From NCBI GenBank assembly GCA_021107535.1, contig JAIOSQ010000016.1, forward strand, positions 1 to 52,247: a stretch of 52,247 nucleotides of DNA. Reading direction: 5' to 3'. The position numbers were made by a program, and so were the translations under genes. Within the stretch, counting starts at the first letter, position 1. Every line of letters starts with the position of its first letter. Below, in pieces: positions 43,818-52,247 of this stretch. The stretch comes from Bacteroidales bacterium (lineage in GTDB: Bacteria > Bacteroidota > Bacteroidia > Bacteroidales > B18-G4). The notes under the pieces are model-generated. The model was given only the letters and a program-made list of their open reading frames with translations. It was not told the origin of the DNA and did not search any database.

Positions 43818-45248
43818 TTATTCAATAATGTCTTGTGATTTTATTCCATGGTTTTTTAATAACTGATGAAAATTAGTCCGTTGCATTCCCACATCTTTAG
43901 CAGCATGGCTTATATTTCCTTCAGCACGTCGTAATGCTTCAACAAGAAAGCGTCGTTCTATTTCCCGGACAGCATTTTCTTTTACCTGCTGTTTAAAGTC
44001 CTTGAATTCATCCCATTTTTGAGGTAGTCCGTATATGGCATCATGTAAATAAATATTCTTAAACTCCGGTGGAAGATGTGATGGTTCAATTATATCAGAA
44101 TCACAAAGAATAGCAAGTCTTTCAACAAGATTTTTTAATTCCCTTACATTTCCTGGCCAATGGTATTCTTCCATTAATTTGATTGTTTCCGGATCAAATA
44201 TTTTATCTTTTAAATTGTTTTTCTTTTTAACTCTTTCTAAAAAAGTTAAAGCCAATCTGAGAATATCTCCCTTCCGCTCCCGAAGTGGGGGAATATGAAT
44301 CGGAACTCCCTGTAAACGATAAAAAAGATCTTCACGGAAGGTTTTTTCTTTAATCATCCTGGATAGCTTCCTGTTTGTTGAAGTAATTAAACGGATATCA
44401 ATGGTGTGCTCAATAATATCCCCAACTTTTCTAATTACACAGGTTTCAAGAACTCTTAAGAGTTTACTTTGTATTTCAAGGCTAATATTTGAAATTTCAT
44501 CCAAAAATAAAGTCCCTTTATCTGCAATTTCAAACAGTCCTTTTTTAGTGGCAATAGACCCGGAAAACGAGCCTTTAACATGCCCAAACAGTTCGCTTTC
44601 TAAAAGTGTCGGAGCCAATGCACTGCAATCACATGCAATAAACGGTTTGCTATTTCGTAAACTAAGTCTGTGAATCGCTTTTGAAATAAGTTCTTTTCCT
44701 GTCCCGCTTTCTCCTGTAATCAGTACTGTAACATTTGTAGGTGCAACACGTTTTATCAATGAAAAGACTTTCTCCATTTCAGGACTTTCTCCAATTAACC
44801 CTTCAAATCCTTTATGCAGGTTTAACTCTTTTCTTAGTGCAATATTTTCTTTTAGCAAGGCAGAATGTTTAATTACTCTCTTAATTATTATTTTTAGTTC
44901 ATCAGGAGAAAAAGGCTTGCTAATATAATCGGCAGCTCCCAGTTTAATTGCTTCAACTGCAGTTTGAATGGTTGCATATCCTGTAATAATAACCACTTCA
45001 GAAGAAATTCCTGCTTCTTTAATTCTTCTTAATATTTCTATTCCATCCAATTCCGGCATAATAATATCGAGAAGGATCAGATCATAATTTCCTGTTAATG
45101 CTTCTTCAAGACCATGTTTAGGTTCTGATTCAATATTGACATCATATATTTTTTCTGAAGATAAAATTCGCTTACAGCTCAGTCCAACAACAGCTTCATC
45201 ATCGATAACTAATATGCGATACTTCACTATATTATTATCAATACTCAT
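43818..45248 (-). CDS. Sigma-54-dependent response regulator (NtrC/Fis family enhancer-binding protein)
   Basis: REC (ILVIDDE...LILLDIIMPELDG), AAA+ GESGTGKE, the ESELFGHVKGSFSGS loop, and a C-terminal Fis-type HTH (GNISHAAKDVGMQRTNFHQLLK). Confidence 0.92.
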   Translation of the reverse strand: MSIDNNIVKYRILVIDDEAVVGLSCKRILSSEKIYDVNIESEPKHGLEEALTGNYDLILLDIIMPELDGIEILRRIKEAGISSEVVIITGYATIQTAVEAIKLGAADYISKPFSPDELKIIIKRVIKHSALLKENIALRKELNLHKGFEGLIGESPEMEKVFSLIKRVAPTNVTVLITGESGTGKELISKAIHRLSLRNSKPFIACDCSALAPTLLESELFGHVKGSFSGSIATKKGLFEIADKGTLFLDEISNISLEIQSKLLRVLETCVIRKVGDIIEHTIDIRLITSTNRKLSRMIKEKTFREDLFYRLQGVPIHIPPLRERKGDILRLALTFLERVKKKNNLKDKIFDPETIKLMEEYHWPGNVRELKNLVERLAILCDSDIIEPSHLPPEFKNIYLHDAIYGLPQKWDEFKDFKQQVKENAVREIERRFLVEALRRAEGNISHAAKDVGMQRTNFHQLLKNHGIKSQDIIE

Positions 45249-45249
45249 A

Positions 45250-47169
45250 TTACGTTCTTGTTTTTATGGGTAAAAGAATATTAAAAACAGTTCCTTTGCC
45301 TGGTTCGCTTTCACATTCGATATCACCCCCATGTTGCTGAATAATTCCATAACTTATACTCAATCCCAGACCTGTTCCTTTACCAGGAGGTTTGCTTGTA
45401 TAAAAAGGATCGAAAATCTTATTTAAATCTTCCTTTTTTATTCCACAACCAGTATCTTCAATAGTTATAAGTATGTGATTTTCATTACTCGAAGTAGATA
45501 TTGTTATTTTACCACTCTTTGAAATTGCTTCCCCGGCATTTAGAAGAATATTAAGAAATACTTGTTGTAACTGATTTTTATCTCCATTAATGATCGGAAT
45601 ATTATTAGAGTAATTTTCTTCAATGGCAACATTCATAAATTCTTTTTGACGCCTGATCAATTTCAGAATCTGTTGTAATATGTCATTGACATTTATATCC
45701 CCTTTTTGGGCGGGAGTCTGTCGTGCAAAATCAAGAAGTCCTCTTACAATTTCACACACTCTTGTTGTTTCTCTAATAATTATATCAATATCTTCCAGGT
45801 CTTTTTCCGAATTATGTTCCTTTTGCTTAAGTAAATGTGCAAAAGTGAGTACCCCTGTGAGAGGATTATTTATCTCATGTGCTATTCCGGCAGATAAGCG
45901 TCCGATGGAAGCAAGTTTTTCACTTTGGATAATCTGTTGCTGGGTGGTTTTTTGCAATTCTTTTTCTCGTTGTTCAATTGCTTCAGCCATTTGATTAATT
46001 GTATTACAGAGCTTCCCTATTTCACCGGCAGATTGAACACAGCAACGGGCTGTTAAATCACCGTTAATAACTTTTTCGCTCATTACGATAATATTATCAA
46101 TAGGCTTAAGCAACTTTCTGGTGTAGAAAAACATAAGTAGCAAACTTGCTATTGCGCTTATACTCACCATAATTATAAAAAATACTATGATGATTTTTTG
46201 AGGTTCTTTAAAGGGTTCTTCGAGTAAGCCCACATAAAGTGAACCTATAATATTATTATCCGGATCCAGGATAGGTTCATAGGATGTGATGTACCAGTTA
46301 TTAACCACGAATGCCCGGTCAGCCCATACTTTCCCTTGGTTAATTACACAATCATAAACCTCTGAACTCATCCTGCTTCCAATGGCTCTTTGATTATCTT
46401 TTCTTTTTACATTCGTGGAAATTCGAAGATCATCAAAAAAAATAGTTGCTGTTCCTATGTCTTCGCCCTTATAACTTTGACCTTGAAAAGCTTCTGATTT
46501 TATTTTATCAACGATTTCAAAATAATTATTTAATAGATATCCACCAAGCAGCAGACCAAGCATCTTTTCATTATCATTAGTATCGAGGGATAGAAAAGGC
46601 ACAACGGCAGCTATAATCATACCCCTGTTTTCAATTTCTTTTGAAATGAGTCGGGCTTTTGGTGTTTCTTCAATATTAATAATTGCCCGACGGGCTAATT
46701 TTTCGCTTTCATTATTCAAATAATCCTGCGATACCACCATGGTTCCTTTTGTATAATTCTGATCGCTTAAGGCTTTCTTAATTATGGACATTTCTGATAT
46801 ATCATCCCCGTTTTTTAAAGTATTGTGTGCACGATATATTACCCGCCCATCGGGCCCGACAAGGGTAAGGAAGTCCATGCCACTTTCATGGTAAATATTT
46901 TGCAATACTATCCCAAGGTCTTTTTTAACCTCTTGTTCTATGGGTAATGATATTCTTCGACGAAAGGAAATCGCTTTTAATACTTGCTCAATCTGATCAA
47001 TAGAATTGTTATAGATAATACGGGCAGAATTTAAATCCAGACGGACACGGGTTTGTACTTCTGTAAAATAAACTTTTTTAACATAAATAGTCATTACAGC
47101 AGCCAATATGACATTGGATACCAGAATTATTATGATTAATCCTATCGATAATTTTAATCGAATTGACAT
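45250..47169 (-). CDS. Sensor histidine kinase (TM - periplasmic Cache-like sensor - TM - HAMP - HisKA - HATPase)
   Basis: H-box SAGIAHEINNPLTG, N-box LNILLNAGEA, G-boxes EDTGCGI and GTGLGLS. Two TM helices flank an extracytoplasmic domain of about 290 aa. There is a 1-nt gap to the NtrC gene. Confidence 0.9.
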   Translation of the reverse strand: MSIRLKLSIGLIIIILVSNVILAAVMTIYVKKVYFTEVQTRVRLDLNSARIIYNNSIDQIEQVLKAISFRRRISLPIEQEVKKDLGIVLQNIYHESGMDFLTLVGPDGRVIYRAHNTLKNGDDISEMSIIKKALSDQNYTKGTMVVSQDYLNNESEKLARRAIINIEETPKARLISKEIENRGMIIAAVVPFLSLDTNDNEKMLGLLLGGYLLNNYFEIVDKIKSEAFQGQSYKGEDIGTATIFFDDLRISTNVKRKDNQRAIGSRMSSEVYDCVINQGKVWADRAFVVNNWYITSYEPILDPDNNIIGSLYVGLLEEPFKEPQKIIIVFFIIMVSISAIASLLLMFFYTRKLLKPIDNIIVMSEKVINGDLTARCCVQSAGEIGKLCNTINQMAEAIEQREKELQKTTQQQIIQSEKLASIGRLSAGIAHEINNPLTGVLTFAHLLKQKEHNSEKDLEDIDIIIRETTRVCEIVRGLLDFARQTPAQKGDINVNDILQQILKLIRRQKEFMNVAIEENYSNNIPIINGDKNQLQQVFLNILLNAGEAISKSGKITISTSSNENHILITIEDTGCGIKKEDLNKIFDPFYTSKPPGKGTGLGLSISYGIIQQHGGDIECESEPGKGTVFNILLPIKTRT

Positions 47170-47314
47170 AATGATTTTCCTTACCTATATGGGGTAGTAA
47201 TATACGAAATTAAATTGATTAATCAAGTTCTTCGTAGCAAACTATAAGGTATGGCATGGAGTTACCGGCCTGCCACCGTCAGAGTTCAGGCAGACATCCC
47301 AGATAATTTTTGTA

Positions 47315-49048
47315 TCATCTCACCAGGATCATCTTTCCGTTTCCCGCCAGATCGCCGGATTGCAGCCGAATAAAATATATCCCGGGAGAAAGATCACTGA
47401 CATTAATTTCAAATTCATAGTTGCCCGGCATTTGCTCTTCATTTAACAGGCGTTTCATCCTCTTTCCTGTAATCGTATACAGATCATATATTATCAATTG
47501 CCTTTCAGATATTTCATATCTCAGATGCACAAGTTCTGAGCAAGGGTTAGGATATACATATAAACTGATCTCTTCTTCCTGCGGACTTATTGGATTATCG
47601 TTTATCCCAACCCAAACAGGTGCACCATACTCATAGGGGCCCATGTCGATGATAGCTGTTCCTCCACCGCTGCCATCCCAGACCCTGACATTTCCCATCA
47701 GGTCATATGGGGGCAGATCCATCCCGTTTGTATCTGGTGTCCCGGTATCAATACAGCCTGATGAAGATGATAATGCATAAGGATCTGCTCCACTTCCCAC
47801 AAATATTGGATCCTCATCAATATTAAAATCACCCCAGTTCAGCACTGAATTAGGATCCACGCGTATAGAATCAATCCCTTCCTCAACATCGCAATAGTCG
47901 ATCATCAGAGTGCCTCCATATACATCATAATCGATCAGGCTAATCTGATCCGGTTCATTCCCCCAGAAAATACAATTCAACGCTGTAGCCAATCCTCCAC
48001 CTCCGACAGTTAAACCGGCACCATATGATGCAGAATTATCAGTAAATGTGCAGTTTATAAAATCAACTTCAGCGCCACCCCAGACACTGGGGCCTCCGGC
48101 ATTCCAGTCATCACCTCCAGTAGCAGCAATGTTGTTGGCAAACAAGCAATTTATAAGCTCACCACTGCATGAATTATTAGCAGCAAGTGAGGCTGCATAG
48201 TTGACTACTTCATTTCCGATAAACCTGGTATTAATGAGACTGAAATATATACTATCGCCTCTTATTTGTAATGCACCATTACTGCCGCTCATATTATCTG
48301 AAAAATCGCTGTCTTCAATATGAACATCAATAATCTTATTTGTCCCGTCGTTCCTGATAAGGATACCTGCCGTTTGGTAGTCTGTTGAATTATTATTGAT
48401 GCTGCTTGATTCAATATTCAACATAAAGTTTTCTTCAATGGTCCCCATTGTAGAAAATCTCAGGGCAGCACCTCCCTGGACAGCTGTATTTTCAGAGATC
48501 GTACAAGCAATAAGAGATAAATTGGAATTGATTGCTCTGATTGCACCACCATGATGTGTTGCATTATTATTCCGTAATATCACATTATGGAGATTAAGCA
48601 TTGCATTATCGCAGTAAATACCTCCACCTTGTGCTGCAGTATTATTTCTGATGATCATAGCGGATATAATAGGATAAGCATTATTCAAATTTATACCACC
48701 GCCAAATTCTTCATGTGCATTCCCGTTTTTAAGTGTAAAGCCCACAAATTTCGTATCCTGACCAAGATTTTGCATATTCATCACCCTTCCTGAAGTATCA
48801 CCATCAATCACTGTCTGGGCAATATAGTTTGTATCCTGAGTGGTCAGAAAAAGGGAAGCCAGCGTAATATTCTTTCCATCCAGGTTAAGGTGTTCCATGT
48901 AGAGGTCGGGCTGCACCAGCACGGTATCACCCTCATTGGCAGCATCTATTCCCTCTTGAATTGTAGTGTAATCTGCAGGGATGTTAATGATTTGTCCAAA
49001 AACGATTATTGGTACAAAAATTAAGAGAGAAAAAGCTAATTTTTTCAT
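47315..49048 (-). CDS. Right-handed parallel beta-helix repeat protein with T9SS C-terminal sorting domain
   Basis: Signal peptide, many GG..x..N/C beta-helix-type repeats (NNTAAQGGGIYC, NNATHHGGAI, ENTAVQGGAAL), and a C-terminal VYPNP...GIYFIRL...KMILVR T9SS CTD. Confidence 0.85.
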   Translation of the reverse strand: MKKLAFSLLIFVPIIVFGQIINIPADYTTIQEGIDAANEGDTVLVQPDLYMEHLNLDGKNITLASLFLTTQDTNYIAQTVIDGDTSGRVMNMQNLGQDTKFVGFTLKNGNAHEEFGGGINLNNAYPIISAMIIRNNTAAQGGGIYCDNAMLNLHNVILRNNNATHHGGAIRAINSNLSLIACTISENTAVQGGAALRFSTMGTIEENFMLNIESSSINNNSTDYQTAGILIRNDGTNKIIDVHIEDSDFSDNMSGSNGALQIRGDSIYFSLINTRFIGNEVVNYAASLAANNSCSGELINCLFANNIAATGGDDWNAGGPSVWGGAEVDFINCTFTDNSASYGAGLTVGGGGLATALNCIFWGNEPDQISLIDYDVYGGTLMIDYCDVEEGIDSIRVDPNSVLNWGDFNIDEDPIFVGSGADPYALSSSSGCIDTGTPDTNGMDLPPYDLMGNVRVWDGSGGGTAIIDMGPYEYGAPVWVGINDNPISPQEEEISLYVYPNPCSELVHLRYEISERQLIIYDLYTITGKRMKRLLNEEQMPGNYEFEINVSDLSPGIYFIRLQSGDLAGNGKMILVR

Positions 49049-49387
49049 AATTTAATGAATTTGGGTTAATACTAATTAAGTTGAGAATCGGGCAGGAAGG
49101 GGCAGTCATGTGTCATATTAAAGCATAAATATACTGTATTTCAGGGCTGTAGTCAAGTTTTGCAGGGAAAATGTTACTGGTTGCTGGTTGCTGCATTGGG
49201 GCTGAATCTGTTAAATATTGACCTTGAAATAGGCTATCTAAATGAATTTGCCATGATATGCCTGAGCATACCTGGTGGGCTACTGGGAGGATATATCGTC
49301 AGATTAAAGCCAAGCTTGTACACAGGATTGTGAAATATTAGATTATCAAAGAAATTCACATACATTTACACTTTCTAATTTTGTTCT

Positions 49388-50803
49388 GTGAAGATATTAT
49401 TAATTGCACCTTGTCCACAAAATAATCAACGCCATGATTCAATGGCTATTCCTCAATTAACACTATCGTTACTTGCTGGGATGACCCCTGAAGAACATGA
49501 AGTAAATATAGTTGAAGAAGTTCATAACGAAATAATTGATTTTGACCAAGAAGTTGATGTTGTTGGAATTACAATTATGACTCAAACAGCAATACGTGGG
49601 TACGAAATTGCAAATGAGTTTAAAAAGCGAGATAAAGTAGTAATATTTGGAGGCATTCACGCCACTGTAATGCCAAAAGAGTCCATTATGTACGGTGATG
49701 CCGTTGTGATTGGTGAGGCTGAAAACGGTTTGTGGGAGCAGGTTCTTAATGATATTAAGACTCACAGTCTAAAAGAATTTTATAAACTTGATAAATTCCC
49801 GGAACTTAATCATCCTGTTGCCCCAAGACGAGATTTAGTTAAAAAAATCGCGGGAAAATTTAAAATTGCACCAATTGAAACAGGAAGAGGCTGTCCTTAT
49901 AATTGTGATTTTTGCACTGTCCCAGCATCTTTCGGAACAAAACAACGAAATAAACCAATTGATTTTATTATAAAAGATATTGAATCAATTGATGAAAATT
50001 TTCTCTTCTTTCTGGATGATAATATTACAATAAATAAGAAGTTTGCCAAAGAATTATTTGAAAGAATGATTCCATTTAAAAAAGGCTGGGTTGGCCAGGC
50101 ATCTATCAATATTGTGAACGATAAGGAATTAATGAAACTGGCTCGGAAATCAGGTTGTATAGGATTTCTTATTGGTTTTGAATCAATGACAGAAACAGGA
50201 ATAAGCAAATACAAAAAAACATTCTCTAGTTTTGAGAAAAATGTAGAAGCTATTAAAACATTACAAGACAATGGTATAATGACAATGGCTTCTTTAGTTT
50301 TTGGTTTAGATAATGATAATCAACAAGTTTTTGATAACGCTTATAATTTTCTCCGAAAAGCAAAACCCGCTTTTTTCCAGGCCTGTGCTTTAACTCCATA
50401 TCCGGGGACACAGGTTTTTGAAAAAATGAAGCAGGAAAACAGGATACTTACTGACGACTGGAGTCAGTTTGATGCAAAAAAAGTAATTATATCGCCAAAA
50501 AATATGACTCCTGAAGAGTTGCAAGAAGGATATACTCACATTAAAGATCAAGCATATAATTACAAATCAATATTTAGCAGAGCACTCCCCCATATCTTTA
50601 CAGGTGTAACAGAAACACTCCTCTATTTCTCTTTAAATAATGGTGCCCGAAAATGGCATAAAACAGGATTAACATCTGAAATTTACAAAAACAGAGAAGA
50701 AATGCCTGTTGATTTTGATGTCACAAAATATGTTAAACCAATAGAAAGTAAGGTGTTGGGTGTTCCTCCTTCGCTTCGCTACGGCGGACACAGTGAGTGT
50801 TAG
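49388..50803 (+). CDS. B12-binding-domain radical SAM protein (DUF4070-type C-terminus)
   Basis: MKILLIAP... Rossmann-like B12-binding N-domain, and GRGCPYNCDFC (Cx3Cx2C). GTG start per the ORF track. Confidence 0.85.
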   Translation: MKILLIAPCPQNNQRHDSMAIPQLTLSLLAGMTPEEHEVNIVEEVHNEIIDFDQEVDVVGITIMTQTAIRGYEIANEFKKRDKVVIFGGIHATVMPKESIMYGDAVVIGEAENGLWEQVLNDIKTHSLKEFYKLDKFPELNHPVAPRRDLVKKIAGKFKIAPIETGRGCPYNCDFCTVPASFGTKQRNKPIDFIIKDIESIDENFLFFLDDNITINKKFAKELFERMIPFKKGWVGQASINIVNDKELMKLARKSGCIGFLIGFESMTETGISKYKKTFSSFEKNVEAIKTLQDNGIMTMASLVFGLDNDNQQVFDNAYNFLRKAKPAFFQACALTPYPGTQVFEKMKQENRILTDDWSQFDAKKVIISPKNMTPEELQEGYTHIKDQAYNYKSIFSRALPHIFTGVTETLLYFSLNNGARKWHKTGLTSEIYKNREEMPVDFDVTKYVKPIESKVLGVPPSLRYGGHSEC

Positions 50804-50809
50804 GTTATT

Positions 50810-50890
50810 TCCCCGCCGTGCTCCATCGCTGAGGCCTCCGCCAAAGGCTATGGCCGCCGGTGGATGCTATAGCGCAAGCGACAAGCTGTG
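50810..50890. repeat. REP-like GC-rich element, copy B
   Basis: It shares ccccgccgtgctcc, cgctgaRgc and gcgcaagcgacaagc with 25641-25722. It also lies directly 3' of a + strand gene. Confidence 0.7.
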
Positions 50891-51055
50891 GGAAACCGCG
50901 TTTATATTGCCGAAAAAGACTTATAAAACAGCAAATACAAAATTCATTTGTAGGTAAAATCAAAAATACACATCTATTTTCATGTCATATTAAGTTTTTT
51001 TATAGTAGTTTTATAATCATATTTTTATAATCAATGCTAAACAAAGGGAAAACTT

Positions 51056-52247
51056 ATGAAAAATCAATACAAAAAAAATGAAAATCTGAGCAAATTTAAA
51101 ATACTTATCAGCGGAGTTGTATTTGCTTTGCTATTATCTGCCATGTCTGTAAATGCACAACAAATAATTAACGGTGATTTTGAGACAGGTGATTTTACCG
51201 GATGGACCGTTACAGGTCCGCACAATGCCGAGGTTATCCAATATCAGGGAAGCTGGAGTGCTCATATTCATATTAGTTCCGGTAATGCTTCTAATTCAAC
51301 AAGTGCAGGCCCTCCTAATGATAAATGGGAAATGGTATCACAATCTGTTTTTATTCCGGGTGTGGCAGATTCTCTAAATTTTTATATGGCAGTATCAGGT
51401 TCAAGCTGGCACGATGGTGGATTTGTGTGGATTATGGATGCCGATTCTGTCGGTACTTATACACGGCTTTTTTATACCGGCGGTGGCGGCGGAAACTCAC
51501 AATCTTATCCCTGGGAATATCACCATGTTAATGTAGAAACATGGGCAGGCAGACAAGCTACTTTTTATTTTGCAGGACATAACCGGAACGGATATAGCGA
51601 CCATCAATGTGATATTTATTTTGATGATATCAGTATATCTCCCGTAGTTCCTGATACAATTCCACCCACCGTGACTGTCGATATCCCCAATGGCGGGGAA
51701 GTCTGGACTGTGGGACAAACACAGTCAATTGAATGGACTGCCGAAGATGATATGGGCATTAGTTCCGATAGTGTGTTCTATTCTATTGATAATGGTTCTA
51801 ATTGGATATTTATAGCAAAGCATAATGGAAACCCTCAAAGTTGCGAATGGATTATACCAAATGCTCCTTCTGCACAGTGTCTTGTGAAAGTTGTAGTATA
51901 TGATGGAGGCGATAATTCAGCTAATGATGTTTCAGATGCAGTATTTACTATTGCTGCCGACGCATCTCCACCCACAGTCGGAGTTATTGAGCCAAACGGG
52001 GGCGAAGACTGGGGCACATTCGAATGGCATACTATTACATGGACAGCCGATGACAACGTAGGTGTTGTAGGTGACAGTGTTTTTTATTCTATAAATAATG
52101 GAGGTGAATGGACATTAATAGCAAGCCATACCGGAAATCCGCAAATTTATTCGTGGCAGGTTCCGAATATCCCATCCGATGAATGTCTTGTAAAAGTGAG
52201 AGTATTTGATGCCAGCAATAATAGCACCGAAGACATTTCAGACGGAA
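51056..52247 (+). CDS. Secreted repeat-domain protein, 3'-truncated by the window end
   Basis: I translated this frame by hand: ATG at 51056, signal peptide (..LLLSAMSVNAQQ), no stop up to 52247. After an N-terminal domain of about 200 aa come at least two ~95-aa repeats (PPTV..PNGGE.W.....I.WTA.D..G...DSVFYSI.NG..W..IA.H.GNPQ...W..PN.PS..CLVKV.V.D). It is absent from the ORF track because it has no stop. Confidence 0.75.
   Translation, partial: MKNQYKKNENLSKFKILISGVVFALLLSAMSVNAQQIINGDFETGDFTGWTVTGPHNAEVIQYQGSWSAHIHISSGNASNSTSAGPPNDKWEMVSQSVFIPGVADSLNFYMAVSGSSWHDGGFVWIMDADSVGTYTRLFYTGGGGGNSQSYPWEYHHVNVETWAGRQATFYFAGHNRNGYSDHQCDIYFDDISISPVVPDTIPPTVTVDIPNGGEVWTVGQTQSIEWTAEDDMGISSDSVFYSIDNGSNWIFIAKHNGNPQSCEWIIPNAPSAQCLVKVVVYDGGDNSANDVSDAVFTIAADASPPTVGVIEPNGGEDWGTFEWHTITWTADDNVGVVGDSVFYSINNGGEWTLIASHTGNPQIYSWQVPNIPSDECLVKVRVFDASNNSTEDISDG

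Noticed and set aside
49181-49196. Sigma-54-like TGGTTGCTGGTTGCTG upstream of the B12-radical-SAM gene, and a search for a sigma-54 site upstream of the lipid operon (28120-28398)
   Set aside because: In the 49.18 kb sequence the GG-to-GC spacing is off by one relative to TGGCAC-N5-TTGC, and it is simply part of a gttgctg tandem repeat. In the lipid-operon leader the only TGGC...TTGCA pair is spaced far too widely.
49376-49383. TAATTTTG box as promoter of the B12-radical-SAM gene
   Set aside because: It is an exact TAnnTTTG match but ends only 4 nt before the GTG start at 49388. That is too close for the usual -7 to start-codon geometry unless the mRNA is leaderless or the true start is an internal ATG. 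I left it uncalled.

Overview
The window looks like a Bacteroidota chromosomal segment. Support: TAnnTTTG -7 boxes 20-75 nt upstream of many starts, a T9SS C-terminal sorting domain, a PorP/SprF remnant, many OM beta-barrel and DUF4136-type lipoproteins, and an atpBEFHAG operon without atpDC.

Layout:
- 0.3-17 kb is housekeeping: rsmI, M28 peptidase, tdk, cyclophilin, pheS, ATP synthase, ferritin, a P3A-like P-type ATPase and ornithine carbamoyltransferase.
- 17-28 kb is dominated by outer-membrane and lipoprotein genes.

Three regions stand out:
1. 28399-37673 is a visibly AT-rich, translationally coupled nine-gene operon. It encodes a PurM/ThiL-like ATPase, a KS, an SDR, a radical SAM, a UbiA prenyltransferase, an OYE flavoreductase, an ACP, an alpha-oxoamine synthase and a DAGK-type lipid kinase. 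I cannot match it to any characterised pathway. I read it as a candidate hybrid acyl/amino-alcohol/isoprenoid lipid system, and it is my top candidate for the undescribed system.
2. 37747-41760 holds a DUF438/hemerythrin/PAS gene, an Fe-S type Rrf2 regulator, a CuA-less cupredoxin subunit and a heme-copper oxidase subunit I. The subunit I lacks the helix-VI CuB histidine (Asp instead) and any cross-link tyrosine, so it is a gNOR-like putative NO reductase.
3. 41815-47169 is a second AT-rich block: histidine kinase, NtrC-type activator, then a near-consensus sigma54 promoter with an upstream palindrome driving an unusual REC/GcvH-like/REC-like regulator.

Intergenic DNA is rich in short-period (7-8 nt) G/C-skewed tandem repeats, long inverted repeats and a REP-like hairpin family. 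I saw no rRNA, tRNA, CRISPR array, transposase or integrase.
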